From an uncultured Bacteroidota bacterium (GTDB lineage: Bacteria > Bacteroidota > Ignavibacteria > UBA10030 > UBA8401), in the NCBI GenBank assembly GCA_937920105.1, contig CALETH010000070.1, forward strand, positions 7,483-71,482: a DNA stretch of 64,000 nucleotides, written 5' to 3'. The notes below the pieces were generated by a model. It did not search any database. It was given only the letters and a program-made list of their open reading frames with translations, and was not told the DNA's origin. Below, piece by piece: positions 1 through 10,621 of this stretch. A program made the position numbers and the translations under genes. Within the stretch, counting starts at the first letter, position 1. Each line of letters opens with the position of its first letter.

Positions 1-2
1 TT

Positions 3-182
3 AAAGGAACAAGAGTTCCTATTGAAACCCTCTTTTTTCATTTAGAACAAGGAATTTCTTTAGATGAATTTTTAGAAGATTTTCCCTCAGTTACCAAAAA
101 ACAAGCAATGGCAGTTATTGAAATTGCAAGCACTATTTTGACATCAAAAAATATTGAAAAAATTTATGAAACTGCTGCTTGA
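3..182 (+). CDS. DUF433-family protein, 5'-truncated by window edge; putative antitoxin partner of downstream DUF5615 gene
   Basis: Frame-3 translation KGTRVPIETLFFHLEQGISLDEFLEDFPSVTKKQAMAVIEIAS... ends TGA 180-182. This resembles the DUF433 C-terminal region. It overlaps the next gene start by 17 nt. Confidence 0.45.
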   Translation, partial: KGTRVPIETLFFHLEQGISLDEFLEDFPSVTKKQAMAVIEIASTILTSKNIEKIYETAA

Positions 183-486
183 TGAAAATCTTCCTAAAAA
201 ATTAAAACAAGATTTTAAAGAACATGAAATTTATACTGTAACAGAAAAACAATGGAATGGGATTTCAAATGGAAAACTATTAAAACTTCTCATAGAAAAT
301 AAATTTGATGTTTTATTAACTTTCGACCGCAACATGCAGTATCAACAAAATTTTCGTACGTATACAATAACAGTATTAGTTTTAAATGCCAAAGATAATA
401 CTTATCTCACATTAAAAAGCTTAGTACCAAAAATTAAAAATGTTTTATTAAAAGAACTATACCCTGGTCCAATTGAAATACAATAA
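166..486 (+). CDS. DUF5615 (Mut7-C/PIN-like) toxin-like protein
   Basis: ATG at 166 gives MKLLLDENLPKKL..., the characteristic DUF5615 N-terminus. The ORF track's TTG at 154 is probably not the true start. It is translationally coupled to the upstream DUF433 ORF. Confidence 0.55.
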   Translation: MKLLLDENLPKKLKQDFKEHEIYTVTEKQWNGISNGKLLKLLIENKFDVLLTFDRNMQYQQNFRTYTITVLVLNAKDNTYLTLKSLVPKIKNVLLKELYPGPIEIQ

Positions 487-511
487 ATTTTTCTTTGTAG
501 ATACCTTCTAA

Positions 512-538
512 AGTCGGAAAACCATTCCGACTTTTTTA
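512..538 (+). terminator. Rho-independent terminator
   Basis: Hairpin agtcggaa-aacca-ttccgact followed by a tttttt run. Confidence 0.5.
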
Positions 539-549
539 TTCTTACAATA

Positions 550-1893
550 ATGACTTATACAAAAATATATTTTTTATTGAGTTGTATTTTTATACAATAT
601 CTTTTTTCACAGGATACAACAAAAATAGTATCGCATAATTTCCCAGATTCTACCTATCATGTTTCTGCAATTTATTTTCAAGGAAATGAAACAACAAAAG
701 AATATGTCATTGAACGCGAAATGTCCTTGAAAAAAAAATCCCTCATCACCCACGAAGCAATCTCTTACAACATCAATCGCATTTACAGTCTCCAACTTTT
801 TAACACCGTAAATATTCAAGTTGTTCCGCAAGATTCCATCAATGCAGAACTTTTTGTTATCGTTACCGAACGATGGTATTTTTATCCCTTCCCTATAGTT
901 GGACTCAAAGATAGAAATTGGTCTCGTCTCTATTATGGATTAGGCATTATGCACACAAATTTTGGTGGAAGAAATGTACAAGTCAACACACAATTTGCAT
1001 TGGGCTACGACCCTTTTGTTTCTGTAGGATATTCAAATCCACTCATCAGTCAAGAATACAATCTTTTTTTTTCATCACGAATTTATTACAGCAAAACAAA
1101 AAACCGCAGTCTTCTTTCGCAAGGAGATGATGTGAATTTTGATGAAAAAAATTTCGGCGTTGATGCAACATTAGGAAAACGATTTTCTCTTTTCACCACA
1201 CTTTCCCTTTCTGCAGAATACCACTATCTTGAAGTTACCGATAACCATATCGGACGCACCCTTTCACCAACGGGAATAGATAGATTTATTTCACTTCACG
1301 CAAACTATCGTTATGATACACGAGATTTAAAAGAATATCCACGTTTGGGAACACTGGCAAACTTCAAAATTTCTCAAAATGGAGTTGGGTTTGGTGAATT
1401 AAACTATCAACGATATTCTTTGGATTTTCGCCGATATATTCCTATCTATTATAATATGGTTTTTCTCGGAAGAATTATGGGAAGCGTTGTGAGTGGAGAA
1501 AAAATTCCCAATTATGGACATGTGTATTTTGGATATAGTGAACGATTACGTGGAAATTTTTCTACTATTTTGGAAGGAGAAAATATTGTTGGAACATTTG
1601 CAGAACTTCACATCCCAATTATTTCTCCGCGATATCTTCGTTTTGAAGAAATTCCCATAGAGCAGTTTAGAGATATTCGCACTGCATTATACTTTGCACT
1701 TTTTGCCGATGCCGGTACAACATGGTATAGAAATGAAAAAGTGGGAGTAAATAATTTTATCTCAGGATATGGAGCAGGGTTTCATCTTCTTCTTTCTTAT
1801 GGCTTTGTTTTGCGAATAGAATATGCATTTAATACAACCACAAAAAAATTTCCGAATGGAGAATTTATTTTTGATTTAGGAGCAGCATTGTAA
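550..1893 (+). CDS. Omp85/BamA-family outer-membrane protein (POTRA plus surface-antigen beta-barrel)
   Basis: Signal-like N-terminus and a POTRA-like segment (VSAIYFQGNETTKEYVIEREM...). A beta-rich C-terminal barrel ends in aromatic residues. Confidence 0.55.
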   Translation: MTYTKIYFLLSCIFIQYLFSQDTTKIVSHNFPDSTYHVSAIYFQGNETTKEYVIEREMSLKKKSLITHEAISYNINRIYSLQLFNTVNIQVVPQDSINAELFVIVTERWYFYPFPIVGLKDRNWSRLYYGLGIMHTNFGGRNVQVNTQFALGYDPFVSVGYSNPLISQEYNLFFSSRIYYSKTKNRSLLSQGDDVNFDEKNFGVDATLGKRFSLFTTLSLSAEYHYLEVTDNHIGRTLSPTGIDRFISLHANYRYDTRDLKEYPRLGTLANFKISQNGVGFGELNYQRYSLDFRRYIPIYYNMVFLGRIMGSVVSGEKIPNYGHVYFGYSERLRGNFSTILEGENIVGTFAELHIPIISPRYLRFEEIPIEQFRDIRTALYFALFADAGTTWYRNEKVGVNNFISGYGAGFHLLLSYGFVLRIEYAFNTTTKKFPNGEFIFDLGAAL

Positions 1894-1903
1894 AAACAGT
1901 AAT

Positions 1904-1934
1904 GACCTCACAGGTTTTAAAAACCTGTGAGGTC
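1904..1934 (+). terminator. Perfect 13-bp stem hairpin (gacctcacaggtt/aacctgtgaggtc)
   Basis: Perfect inverted repeat directly after the Omp85 stop codon. It has a weak T-tract. Confidence 0.45.
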
Positions 1935-1955
1935 TAAATATAATTTTTATGAATT

Positions 1956-2678
1956 ATGTCTAACGAATTTTTTTATGTTCCACGACACTCTATCAAAGAA
2001 CCATTCATTACTATAGAAGGTGATGAGGCAAGACACCTTGTTCGCGTATTGCGAAAAAAAGAAGGCGATAGTGTTTGGATTGTTGATGGAGAAAATCATG
2101 CGTATGAAACAATAATACGTTCTATCAATTATGATTCTGTGCAATGTGAAATACTGTACGCACACGAACATTATCACGAATCTGATATCAATATAACGCT
2201 TGCCGTTGCGTTGCTCAAAAATCCATCGCGAATGGAGTGGTTGATTGAAAAAGCAACAGAACTTGGTGCGAAAAATATTGTTCCATTATTAACAGAACGA
2301 ACTATTGCCTATTCTGCAAAAGAAGAACGTTGGACAAAAATTGCTGTTGCCGCAATGAAACAATCACAACGCTGCATCCTTCCCCATATTCATTCTCCGA
2401 TTCCACTGCAAGAGTTATTAGAACATTCTTCATCACACGAACTAAAAATTATTCCACACGAACAAACAGACCACACATTATTTATTAGTGAGGCATTGAG
2501 ATATGGGAAATCACCTCGTTCTGTTCTTATAATTATTGGTCCTGAAGGAGGATTTACAGATAATGAAATTGCAATGGCAGAAAAAAATTTTTGTATTCAA
2601 GTTTCTTTAGGAAAACGTAGATTACGTACTGAAACGGCTGCAATCACATCTCTTTCGTGGGTGGTGGGAAATTTATAA
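1956..2678 (+). CDS. rsmE: 16S rRNA (uracil1498-N3)-methyltransferase RsmE
   Basis: Full-length RsmE-like protein with an N-terminal PUA-like region (EARHLVRVLR) and a C-terminal IIGPEGGFTDNE motif. Confidence 0.8.
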   Translation: MSNEFFYVPRHSIKEPFITIEGDEARHLVRVLRKKEGDSVWIVDGENHAYETIIRSINYDSVQCEILYAHEHYHESDINITLAVALLKNPSRMEWLIEKATELGAKNIVPLLTERTIAYSAKEERWTKIAVAAMKQSQRCILPHIHSPIPLQELLEHSSSHELKIIPHEQTDHTLFISEALRYGKSPRSVLIIIGPEGGFTDNEIAMAEKNFCIQVSLGKRRLRTETAAITSLSWVVGNL

Positions 2679-2873
2679 GAAACTATAAATTTCAAAGATT
2701 TTTACAAGGAAATGTAGGATAAAATAAGAAAAAATGTTGGGTAATTAGTTTCCCTACATTTATTTATCAAATATCTACTAAAACCATAAAATTGTATTGT
2801 TTTATATTGGCACAAAAATTGCATTAAAGTTTGTAATACTTCACATATTCAATAATTATTTTAAAGGATTTTT

Positions 2874-5800
2874 ATGGAAAAAATTATATTATTTTTATCT
2901 GTTTTTTATTACACAATTTTATATTCGCAAAACATTCCTGATACATCACAAACTCATAGGATAATAAATTTATCAAACACTTCTAATGATGAAATTTCAG
3001 TTATCGTAGAATTTAAAGAAGAACCATTTTTCATTGCACAAAAAAAATCTACAGGATTATTGAAAACTGCTGCACAATATCAAAATCGTTTTCATCAATT
3101 CAAATCAGATATTTCCTCATTCCATCAACAAGCAAAAAACCAATTAGGAAAATCATTATCAACACCAATTATACAACGAGAATATTATCGTGTATTTTTT
3201 GGTGTAAGTATAAAAATTCCAAACACACTTCTTTCTAAAATTTATTCTTTACCATATGTTAAAACTGTTCATTTTGATGAAAAAGTAACTGCCTTTCTTG
3301 ATAAGAGTGTACATCGGATTGGAGCAGATTCTGTGTGGACTAAATTTAACACTCAAGGGGAAGGTGTAACGGTAGGAATTATTGATACAGGAATTGATTA
3401 TCTCCATCCAGATTTAGGTGGAGGTTTTGGTTCCACTTACAAAGTGATTGGTGGATATGATTTTGTAAATAATGATGCTGACCCAATGGATGATAATGGA
3501 CATGGAACTCACGTTGCAGGAATTGTTGCTGCCCAAGGTGATACAGTAACCGGTGTTGCCCCCAAAGTAAAATTAGTTGCCTATAAAGTGTTAGGTGCAG
3601 ATGGTAGTGGAACAACTAGTAACATCATTAGTGCAATAGAACGCACTATTGACCCAAATAATGATGGAGATATTAGTGATAAGTTAGATGTTGTCAATAT
3701 GAGTTTGGGTTCAAGTTATATAACAGCAAGTCCTGATGATGCTAAATCAATCGCTGTTGATAATGCAAGTTTTCTTGGTGTTACATTTTGTATTTCTGCA
3801 GGAAATTCTGGTTACTTTCCTCCAACACAAGGAAAAGAAACAAACTATTACTATACCGGATGGGAAACTATCAGCAGCCCTGGTAATGCACGCAGCGCCA
3901 TCACTGTTGGTGCGTTTGATACAACAACACAAAACACTAGTTTTGGAGTTACTAATATTGCATTATTTTCTTCACGAGGACCAAGCCGTGTAAATTATGC
4001 AATTAAACCAGAAATCGTTGCTCCAGGTGTTGGAACAAAATCTCTCAAAGCAGGCGGCGGATATTTACGTTTAAGTGGAACATCAATGGCATCACCACAC
4101 ATTGCCGGAGTTGCAGCACTCATTAAATCATTACATCCAAATTATACACCGGAACAAATAAAATCTGCTATTGTAAATTCCTCCGATGATTTAGGAGAAA
4201 ATCCGATGAGGCAAGGTTCTGGTGTGGTGAATGCATTAAAATCTTCTTCTACTTCAACACTTATTACACCAAGCGTACTCAATTACGGTCTTAACGGAAG
4301 TTCACAAACAACATGGGTAAAAGCAGAAACACTTACAGTAAAAAATACCTCTGCAAATTCACAAACATATTCAACGAGTTTTTACGATACTCCTGCCGGA
4401 ATTTCTCTTCTTTCTATACCACAAACATTTACCCTTGCTTCAGGTACTTCACAAAATATTATAATAGAGATTTCAGTCAACAATACCCAAATTTCCATTG
4501 TGAATGATGATATAATAATGCGTTGGGGAAATGTAAAGATAGAAGGAACACTTGATACACTTCGCTTACCGTGGGCGTTTGTTCGGACAAGTGTTAATAC
4601 TTTTGTTTTTGATTCACCAACTTCTTTCTTTTCTTTAACCGGAAGAAATACTAACGATGGGTATTTTCCTATGTTTGAGGGAAAGTTTGTTGGAAATGAT
4701 AAGCGTTCACGTTGGCTTTCCCCAACCACGTTAGAAATTATTGGTTTAACAAATGATACTTATGATATGCTTGCAGCATTTTCTTCGGATACCATAAAAA
4801 TAGTTGAAAAAAATAAATTACTAAATAATGGAACTGCAGATACAATCCATTCTATAAATGCAATTTATCAAGTACATTTTAATGGTGTTGATGAAAATGG
4901 AAATTTATTATCACAATCTCCAAACAATAGAAGAAGTATTGCTATTACACCACCATACTTAGGCCGCAACCCATTTTATATTGGTTCAAAACCCTTATTA
5001 CTTGCACCAACAACTGAACCATGGACTTTACATCCAGTGCAAACACAAACAGATATTGGTGGTACAAATAAAATCTATGTTACTCATCTCACTCCATTTA
5101 CGGGAATTATTAATAATGATATTACTGTAACCAATAATCCTGCTCAATACGTTAGTCAACATCTAAAATTTTTATATCCACAAAATACTTCACAAGCAAT
5201 TATTGTGGCAGAGCATGGTGAGTTGTGGGTTGACCCAAATAATCCGTTAGATAACTCCATTGTTATTTCATTTTATATTAATGCTGATACAGTAGCAATT
5301 ATTGGGAATCAATGGGAAGGGACACTCTATCTTTCTTCATACAGAACCCCGCAAGACCCTAATAATTATTTTTATTCTTTTGGAAGTTTGGTTAAAATCA
5401 GTACCGGATACGTAAATTTAGGATATAAAGACATAGAAAGTTTTTATATGAAAGCAGAAAATGATAGTATTCGTTATGAATATCTCCCAGAGTATGTTTC
5501 TCCTCATAATGGAACAATGATTTTTGGAGAAAACCCTATTTCCCTAAATGTTTCATCTATGAATAATCAATATGGACAATCATCAATTCATTTTGATGTT
5601 GATGTTTATGGACCATGGCGAGAAGGACGATATAATGATAAGAGAAAAGGTATATATACCATTTACAATGAAAATAATGAAAAAATAATTGAAGATTCTT
5701 TAAAAGTCAGTCGATACCCTAAAGAAGTACCTGCCGGTAAATATCGCCTTGAAATTTCTATGAACGATTATTTTATTTCAAACATTAAAGGAAAAGCAAC

Positions 5801-6746
5801 GATTAATAATTATTTTGATTTAGCATTGCAAGACCCACACTCACCATCTATTCGCTCATTACGAATTTTTAATTCGCAAAATAAACAATATTCTGGGCAT
5901 TTACTCAAAAATGAAAATGCAACATTAACATTTGCTTCTGTAGATACTAAACTTCTGCAAGATTCCGTAAAAGTGTATTATCGAAAATATAATTCAAATA
6001 ATGCATGGGTACCACTCAATACAACATTTATGGGAAATTCTCAATTTTCTACAGACCTTACTTCAACAACCAGTGCAGATTCCACCGCTATAAATTTGAA
6101 ATTTGTTTCTCAAGATTCTGTTGGCAATAAAACAGAATACGTTCTTGAACCGGCATTCGCCGTAGGAAATAATATTCCACTTCCTATACAATTATTTTCT
6201 TTTACCGCAACTACACAGAAAAATTCTGTAACATTACAATGGCAAACTATTTCTGAAGTAGATACATACGGATTTGCAATAGAACGAAAACAGTTATCTT
6301 CTTTACAATGGGAACAAGTTGGATTTGTTGAAGGAAAAGGAAATGCTTCTATTCCAGCAAATTATCAATTTAACGATAACATTCCACAAGGAATTCACTA
6401 CCAATATCGTTTAAAGATAGTTGATAAAGATGGAAGTTTTATCTATTCAAACATAGTAGATGTTGAAGTAGTTGTTCCACGTATCTTCTCACTCGCACAA
6501 AATTATCCTAATCCATTTAATCCATTAACAACAATTACATTTACCATACCCGAAGATGGAAATGTTAGAGTAAAATTGTATGATATTGTAGGAAGAGAAA
6601 TAAAAACATTTTTAAACGAAGAAAGAAAAGCCGGAATTCTTCACCAAATAGTTATTGATGCTTCATCACTTTCTACAGGAGTATATTTTTATCAATTAGA
6701 ACACAAAGGAAAAGCATTGATGAAGAAACTTATGGTGTTAAAATGA
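2874..6746 (+). CDS. Subtilisin-like S8 serine peptidase, multi-domain, with Fn3-like region and T9SS (Por) C-terminal sorting domain
   Basis: Catalytic triad motifs GIIDTGIDYLHPDL (Asp), HGTHVAG (His) and GTSMASPHIAG (Ser), plus a signal peptide. The C-terminus NYPNPFNPLTTITFTIPEDGNVRVKLYDIVGREI...GVYFYQL is a type-A T9SS C-terminal domain. Confidence 0.85.
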   Translation: MEKIILFLSVFYYTILYSQNIPDTSQTHRIINLSNTSNDEISVIVEFKEEPFFIAQKKSTGLLKTAAQYQNRFHQFKSDISSFHQQAKNQLGKSLSTPIIQREYYRVFFGVSIKIPNTLLSKIYSLPYVKTVHFDEKVTAFLDKSVHRIGADSVWTKFNTQGEGVTVGIIDTGIDYLHPDLGGGFGSTYKVIGGYDFVNNDADPMDDNGHGTHVAGIVAAQGDTVTGVAPKVKLVAYKVLGADGSGTTSNIISAIERTIDPNNDGDISDKLDVVNMSLGSSYITASPDDAKSIAVDNASFLGVTFCISAGNSGYFPPTQGKETNYYYTGWETISSPGNARSAITVGAFDTTTQNTSFGVTNIALFSSRGPSRVNYAIKPEIVAPGVGTKSLKAGGGYLRLSGTSMASPHIAGVAALIKSLHPNYTPEQIKSAIVNSSDDLGENPMRQGSGVVNALKSSSTSTLITPSVLNYGLNGSSQTTWVKAETLTVKNTSANSQTYSTSFYDTPAGISLLSIPQTFTLASGTSQNIIIEISVNNTQISIVNDDIIMRWGNVKIEGTLDTLRLPWAFVRTSVNTFVFDSPTSFFSLTGRNTNDGYFPMFEGKFVGNDKRSRWLSPTTLEIIGLTNDTYDMLAAFSSDTIKIVEKNKLLNNGTADTIHSINAIYQVHFNGVDENGNLLSQSPNNRRSIAITPPYLGRNPFYIGSKPLLLAPTTEPWTLHPVQTQTDIGGTNKIYVTHLTPFTGIINNDITVTNNPAQYVSQHLKFLYPQNTSQAIIVAEHGELWVDPNNPLDNSIVISFYINADTVAIIGNQWEGTLYLSSYRTPQDPNNYFYSFGSLVKISTGYVNLGYKDIESFYMKAENDSIRYEYLPEYVSPHNGTMIFGENPISLNVSSMNNQYGQSSIHFDVDVYGPWREGRYNDKRKGIYTIYNENNEKIIEDSLKVSRYPKEVPAGKYRLEISMNDYFISNIKGKATINNYFDLALQDPHSPSIRSLRIFNSQNKQYSGHLLKNENATLTFASVDTKLLQDSVKVYYRKYNSNNAWVPLNTTFMGNSQFSTDLTSTTSADSTAINLKFVSQDSVGNKTEYVLEPAFAVGNNIPLPIQLFSFTATTQKNSVTLQWQTISEVDTYGFAIERKQLSSLQWEQVGFVEGKGNASIPANYQFNDNIPQGIHYQYRLKIVDKDGSFIYSNIVDVEVVVPRIFSLAQNYPNPFNPLTTITFTIPEDGNVRVKLYDIVGREIKTFLNEERKAGILHQIVIDASSLSTGVYFYQLEHKGKALMKKLMVLK

Positions 6747-7564
6747 CATTCCTTTCCAAACTCAAAACCATTCAGAAAAAAAATAATTCCCTTCTTTGTA
6801 TCGGACTTGATACGGATATCAATCTCATTCCATCCTTTTTGAGAAAAGAAAAAAATCCACAGTACGAATTTAACCAACGTATTATCGAAGCAACACATGA
6901 TATCGTCTGTGCGTACAAAATCAATTCTGCATTTTATGAAGCAACAGGCGTACGGGGTTGGAGTGCAATGGAAAAAACAATCACGATAATTCCCAAAGAA
7001 ATTATCACCATTGCCGATGCAAAACGTGGTGATATTGGAAACTCATCACATTATTATGCTAAAACGTTTTTGCGAGAATTGGATTGTGATTCTATTACTG
7101 TAAGCCCCTATATGGGAAAAGATTCCGTAGAACCATTTTTACAATCAGAAAAAAAATGTGCTTTTCTTTTAGCGTTAACCTCTAACAATGGAGCAAAAGA
7201 TTTTCAATATCTCAAAGTTGAAAAAAAATATTTGTACGAAAAGGTGATTGAAAAATCTTTGCGGTGGAATACAAAAAAGAATATCGGTTTTGTTGTTGGA
7301 GCAACAAAATCAAAAGAACTTCAAAAAATTCGTAAGATTGCACCAAACGTTCCACTTCTTATCCCTGGAGTGGGAACACAGGGTGGGAGTGTAAAAGATG
7401 GTATTCGTTTTGGTTGTGATAAAGATGGAATGTTGGCAATCATTAATGCAAGCCGCAGTATTATCTATGCTTCCAACAAAAAATATTTTGCGAAGTCTGC
7501 ACGAAGTGCTGCTATTCTTTTGCGAGATGAAATGAATTTTTATAGAGAAAAGTTTTATTCTTGA
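6743..7564 (+). CDS. pyrF: Orotidine-5'-phosphate decarboxylase (type 2)
   Basis: LCIGLDTD...DAKRGDIGNSS motif is typical of long-form PyrF. The start overlaps the preceding stop. Confidence 0.8.
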   Translation: MTFLSKLKTIQKKNNSLLCIGLDTDINLIPSFLRKEKNPQYEFNQRIIEATHDIVCAYKINSAFYEATGVRGWSAMEKTITIIPKEIITIADAKRGDIGNSSHYYAKTFLRELDCDSITVSPYMGKDSVEPFLQSEKKCAFLLALTSNNGAKDFQYLKVEKKYLYEKVIEKSLRWNTKKNIGFVVGATKSKELQKIRKIAPNVPLLIPGVGTQGGSVKDGIRFGCDKDGMLAIINASRSIIYASNKKYFAKSARSAAILLRDEMNFYREKFYS

Positions 7565-7749
7565 GAAACACTATTAGGAGGGAATACAGGGTGGTCATTT
7601 TTTATTTTACGACCACTCCTACCCTTCCTCCTTAAAGGAGGGGAAACCATCATCACTATAGTCTGGAATAATATCTTTCATTTTCTTAAATTGAGTTCCC
7701 ACAAAAAGTCATTCATATCAATATTAATTTTTTAGGAGGTTGTACCATT

Positions 7750-9753
7750 ATGCAGTTCTTCAAAATCGTTCTCTCGTTGTTCATTCTCTTTACAACAATT
7801 ACTGTTGCACAAAAGAAAAATATTGCCATGGAAATTGGTAATGAAAAAATCACCAAAGAAGAAATAGAAAAAATGTTCATCAAAAGCAGCGGAAGTTTGG
7901 AAGCAGCACAAAAAGCGTCCAAAGAAGAGCAAGAGCGTTTTATTGATTTATTCACAAAATATAAATTGAAAGTAAAAGAGGCATATCAACGCGGATACAA
8001 TAAAAATCCGGAACTACAACAAGAACTTGCTGAATACAAAAAAAATCTGCTCAACACCTATCTTATAGAAAATGAAATTGTTGCTGCTGGAATGCAAACA
8101 CTCTACAATCGCAAACGTGAAGAAATCCGAGCAAGCCACATCCTTTTTACACTTCCACAAAATCCAACACCAACAGATACAATTCTTGCATACAACAAAG
8201 CCACTGCAATTATTGATTCCTTAAAAAAAGGAATTTCTTTTGAAGAATTGGCTGTTCGCAACTCTCAAGACCCTTCTGCAAAAAGTAACAGTGGAGATTT
8301 GTATTATTTTTCTGCTGGCGCAATGGTTCCGGAATTTGAAGATGCTGTGTACTCTTTAAAAATTGGAGATTTTACTTTTATGCCAGTTCGTACACAATAT
8401 GGTTATCATATTATAAAAGTTACAAAAAGAAAAGAAAATCCCGGAACAGTACAAGTAAGCCACATTATGAAACGTGTGGACCCAAAAGCAAATAGTAATG
8501 AGGATTCACTCAAAACTATCACCCAAACAATTTTAGATTCTCTTAAAGCCGGTGGAAATTTTGCAGACTTTGCTAAACGACACTCTGATGATAAATATAG
8601 TGCAGAACGTGGTGGTGATTTAGGATTTCTTGAACGACGGAGAACTCCAAAAGAATTTGATGAAATTGCTTTCTCTCTCAAAAAAGGAGAAATTTCCGGA
8701 ATTGTAAAAACTGCGTATGGATTTCATATTCTCACCGTTACCGATACAAAGCCAGTTCCTGAATTTTCAGCAATAGAACAAGAACTAAAAAGTCAATACC
8801 AACGACGCTTTAATTATGATTTTGATAAACTTATCAATGGATTAAAAACAAAATTTTCTTACAAAGAAAACTCAGATGCTCTTGCTGCACTTTCTAAAGA
8901 AATTGATACCAACAAAACTACGAGTGATGCAGATTGGGATAGTTCATTCACATCATCAATAAAAGCAAAAACTCTTTTCAGTTTCGCTGGAAAAAATTAT
9001 ACAGCAGAATCAGTCATTTCTCTTGCAAAAACAAATCCCGAACTGTACAATCTCTCATTAAAAAATTCTTCAACTATTTCTACTATTGTTGATAAAATTT
9101 CCAAAAAATTATTATCAGAATATTATGCAGAAACATTGGAACCAAAATTTGCATCATTCAAAACCGTGATGAAAGATTACGAAGAAGGTGTGATGATGTT
9201 TAAATTGGAACAAGATGAGGTGTGGAGTAAAGTTTCTACAAAAGATTCTTCCCTCATACAATCCTATTATGAAAAAACAAAATCCAACTATACATGGCCT
9301 GATAGAGTCAATGTTCAAGAAATTTTTGTTGCCTCTGATAGTGTTGCAAAACTGGTAACAGAAAATTTAAAAACATTGTCGTTTGATTCTGTTGCTACTC
9401 TTTATAATAGACGTCCAGCAACTCAATCTACCAAAGGTGTTTGGGGGTTAGAACCAGTTTCTCTCAATGAACTTACCAAAAAAGGTTGGGAAATGAAGGT
9501 TGGCGATGTTTCTGATTTCTTTGAGTTTGAAGGTGGGTTTTCAAAAATTAAATTGTTAGAAAAAGATGCTGCTCGCGGAAAAACATTTGCAGAAGCAGAA
9601 TCCGAAGTTTCCGGTGCATTTCAAGAATCAGAAACAAAACGTTTAACAAATCTTTGGTTTGAACAACTCAAGAAAAAATATCCTGTAAAAAAATACAACG
9701 AGGTTCTCAACACACTGTTTTCATCTAACAACAAAAAGGAAACCAAAAAGTGA
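7750..9753 (+). CDS. Periplasmic peptidyl-prolyl cis-trans isomerase, SurA/PpiD-like with two parvulin domains
   Basis: Signal peptide and two parvulin cores (ASHILF... and VSHIM..., each with a FSxxKGEISG motif). A strong SD AGGAGG sits 8 nt upstream. Confidence 0.7.
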   Translation: MQFFKIVLSLFILFTTITVAQKKNIAMEIGNEKITKEEIEKMFIKSSGSLEAAQKASKEEQERFIDLFTKYKLKVKEAYQRGYNKNPELQQELAEYKKNLLNTYLIENEIVAAGMQTLYNRKREEIRASHILFTLPQNPTPTDTILAYNKATAIIDSLKKGISFEELAVRNSQDPSAKSNSGDLYYFSAGAMVPEFEDAVYSLKIGDFTFMPVRTQYGYHIIKVTKRKENPGTVQVSHIMKRVDPKANSNEDSLKTITQTILDSLKAGGNFADFAKRHSDDKYSAERGGDLGFLERRRTPKEFDEIAFSLKKGEISGIVKTAYGFHILTVTDTKPVPEFSAIEQELKSQYQRRFNYDFDKLINGLKTKFSYKENSDALAALSKEIDTNKTTSDADWDSSFTSSIKAKTLFSFAGKNYTAESVISLAKTNPELYNLSLKNSSTISTIVDKISKKLLSEYYAETLEPKFASFKTVMKDYEEGVMMFKLEQDEVWSKVSTKDSSLIQSYYEKTKSNYTWPDRVNVQEIFVASDSVAKLVTENLKTLSFDSVATLYNRRPATQSTKGVWGLEPVSLNELTKKGWEMKVGDVSDFFEFEGGFSKIKLLEKDAARGKTFAEAESEVSGAFQESETKRLTNLWFEQLKKKYPVKKYNEVLNTLFSSNNKKETKK

Positions 9754-10565
9754 ATTACCTTTTGGGATTTGTGGGATTGATAGTAATGCTTGGTGGATTT
9801 TCTTGTTTCGAACAACACATACCACAAGAAGAACTTGCAAAAGTGAATGATGTTGTATTAACAAAAGAAATGCTTTTTTCACGCATAGATACCACTCACG
9901 GAATTTCAGAAGCAGATATTCAACGATACACGCAGCAATGGATTACTTCGCAACTTCTTTTTCAAGAAGCACAACGTTTAGAAATAGTTCACTCTGAAGA
10001 AGTGCAACAAAGAATTGCTGATGCAACACAACAAATTTCCATTGCTGCCTTGTTGGAAAAAGAAGTTTTTACTTTTTTACAAAAAATTTCATCGGAAGAA
10101 ATACAAAAATATTATCAACAACACAAACAGGAATTTCTTCTTTCTGAAGACCTTGCATGGATTTCTTTTGTGGTGTTTCAAGAAAATTCGGCTGCAACAA
10201 CATTTCGTTCTTCTGTATTAAGTAAAAAAAATTGGAACGAAGAACGTATTCGTTTTCAAAATTCAGAACTTATTACACATTCAGATTCCCTCTTTTCTAC
10301 ACAATCCACACTCTTTCCTCCAGAATTATGGAAAGTTGCCTCAGCACTTGGAAAAGATGAAGTTTCTTTTCCCGTAAAAACCAGTGCCGGATATTTTGTT
10401 ATTCAGTCACTCGGACTTTTTAAAAAATCTACCATAGCACCAATCGCCAGTGTAGAAAATCAAATTCGCGAACGAATCCAAATAGAACACCGTCAGCAAC
10501 GCTACGCAGAATATGTAGAAGATTTACGAAAAAAAGCGAATGTTGAAGTGAACACAATACAGTAA
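9750..10565 (+). CDS. SurA-N/PpiC-like periplasmic chaperone-domain protein
   Basis: Overlapping start (operon with neighbours) and a signal-like N-terminus. There is a degenerate parvulin-like region (SAGYFVIQSLG). Confidence 0.4.
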   Translation: MNYLLGFVGLIVMLGGFSCFEQHIPQEELAKVNDVVLTKEMLFSRIDTTHGISEADIQRYTQQWITSQLLFQEAQRLEIVHSEEVQQRIADATQQISIAALLEKEVFTFLQKISSEEIQKYYQQHKQEFLLSEDLAWISFVVFQENSAATTFRSSVLSKKNWNEERIRFQNSELITHSDSLFSTQSTLFPPELWKVASALGKDEVSFPVKTSAGYFVIQSLGLFKKSTIAPIASVENQIRERIQIEHRQQRYAEYVEDLRKKANVEVNTIQ

Positions 10566-10621
10566 AGTATGTTATATTATATTTAATAAATATTTTTTCA
10601 AATTACTTTTATAGAATCTCA

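Noticed and set aside
154-165. TTG start of the DUF5615 ORF given in the ORF track
   Set aside because: The downstream ATG at 166 yields the family-typical N-terminus MKLLLDENLP. The TTG extension merely overlaps the upstream gene.
607-831. Antisense or shadow ORFs in the six-frame track (e.g. 607-831, 3379-3615, 3747-3932, 4382-4729, 8406-8681, 12553-12876, 27714-28031, 51920-52306)
   Set aside because: They lie entirely within longer, motif-supported genes on the opposite strand or another frame. They have low-complexity or atypical composition and no RBS, so they are treated as non-coding.
7596-7641. Hairpins ggtggtc...gaccac and cctccttaaaggagg downstream of pyrF as terminators
   Set aside because: The stems are short or imperfect with no T-tract, so they are left unannotated. 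They may still act as an RNA-stability element.
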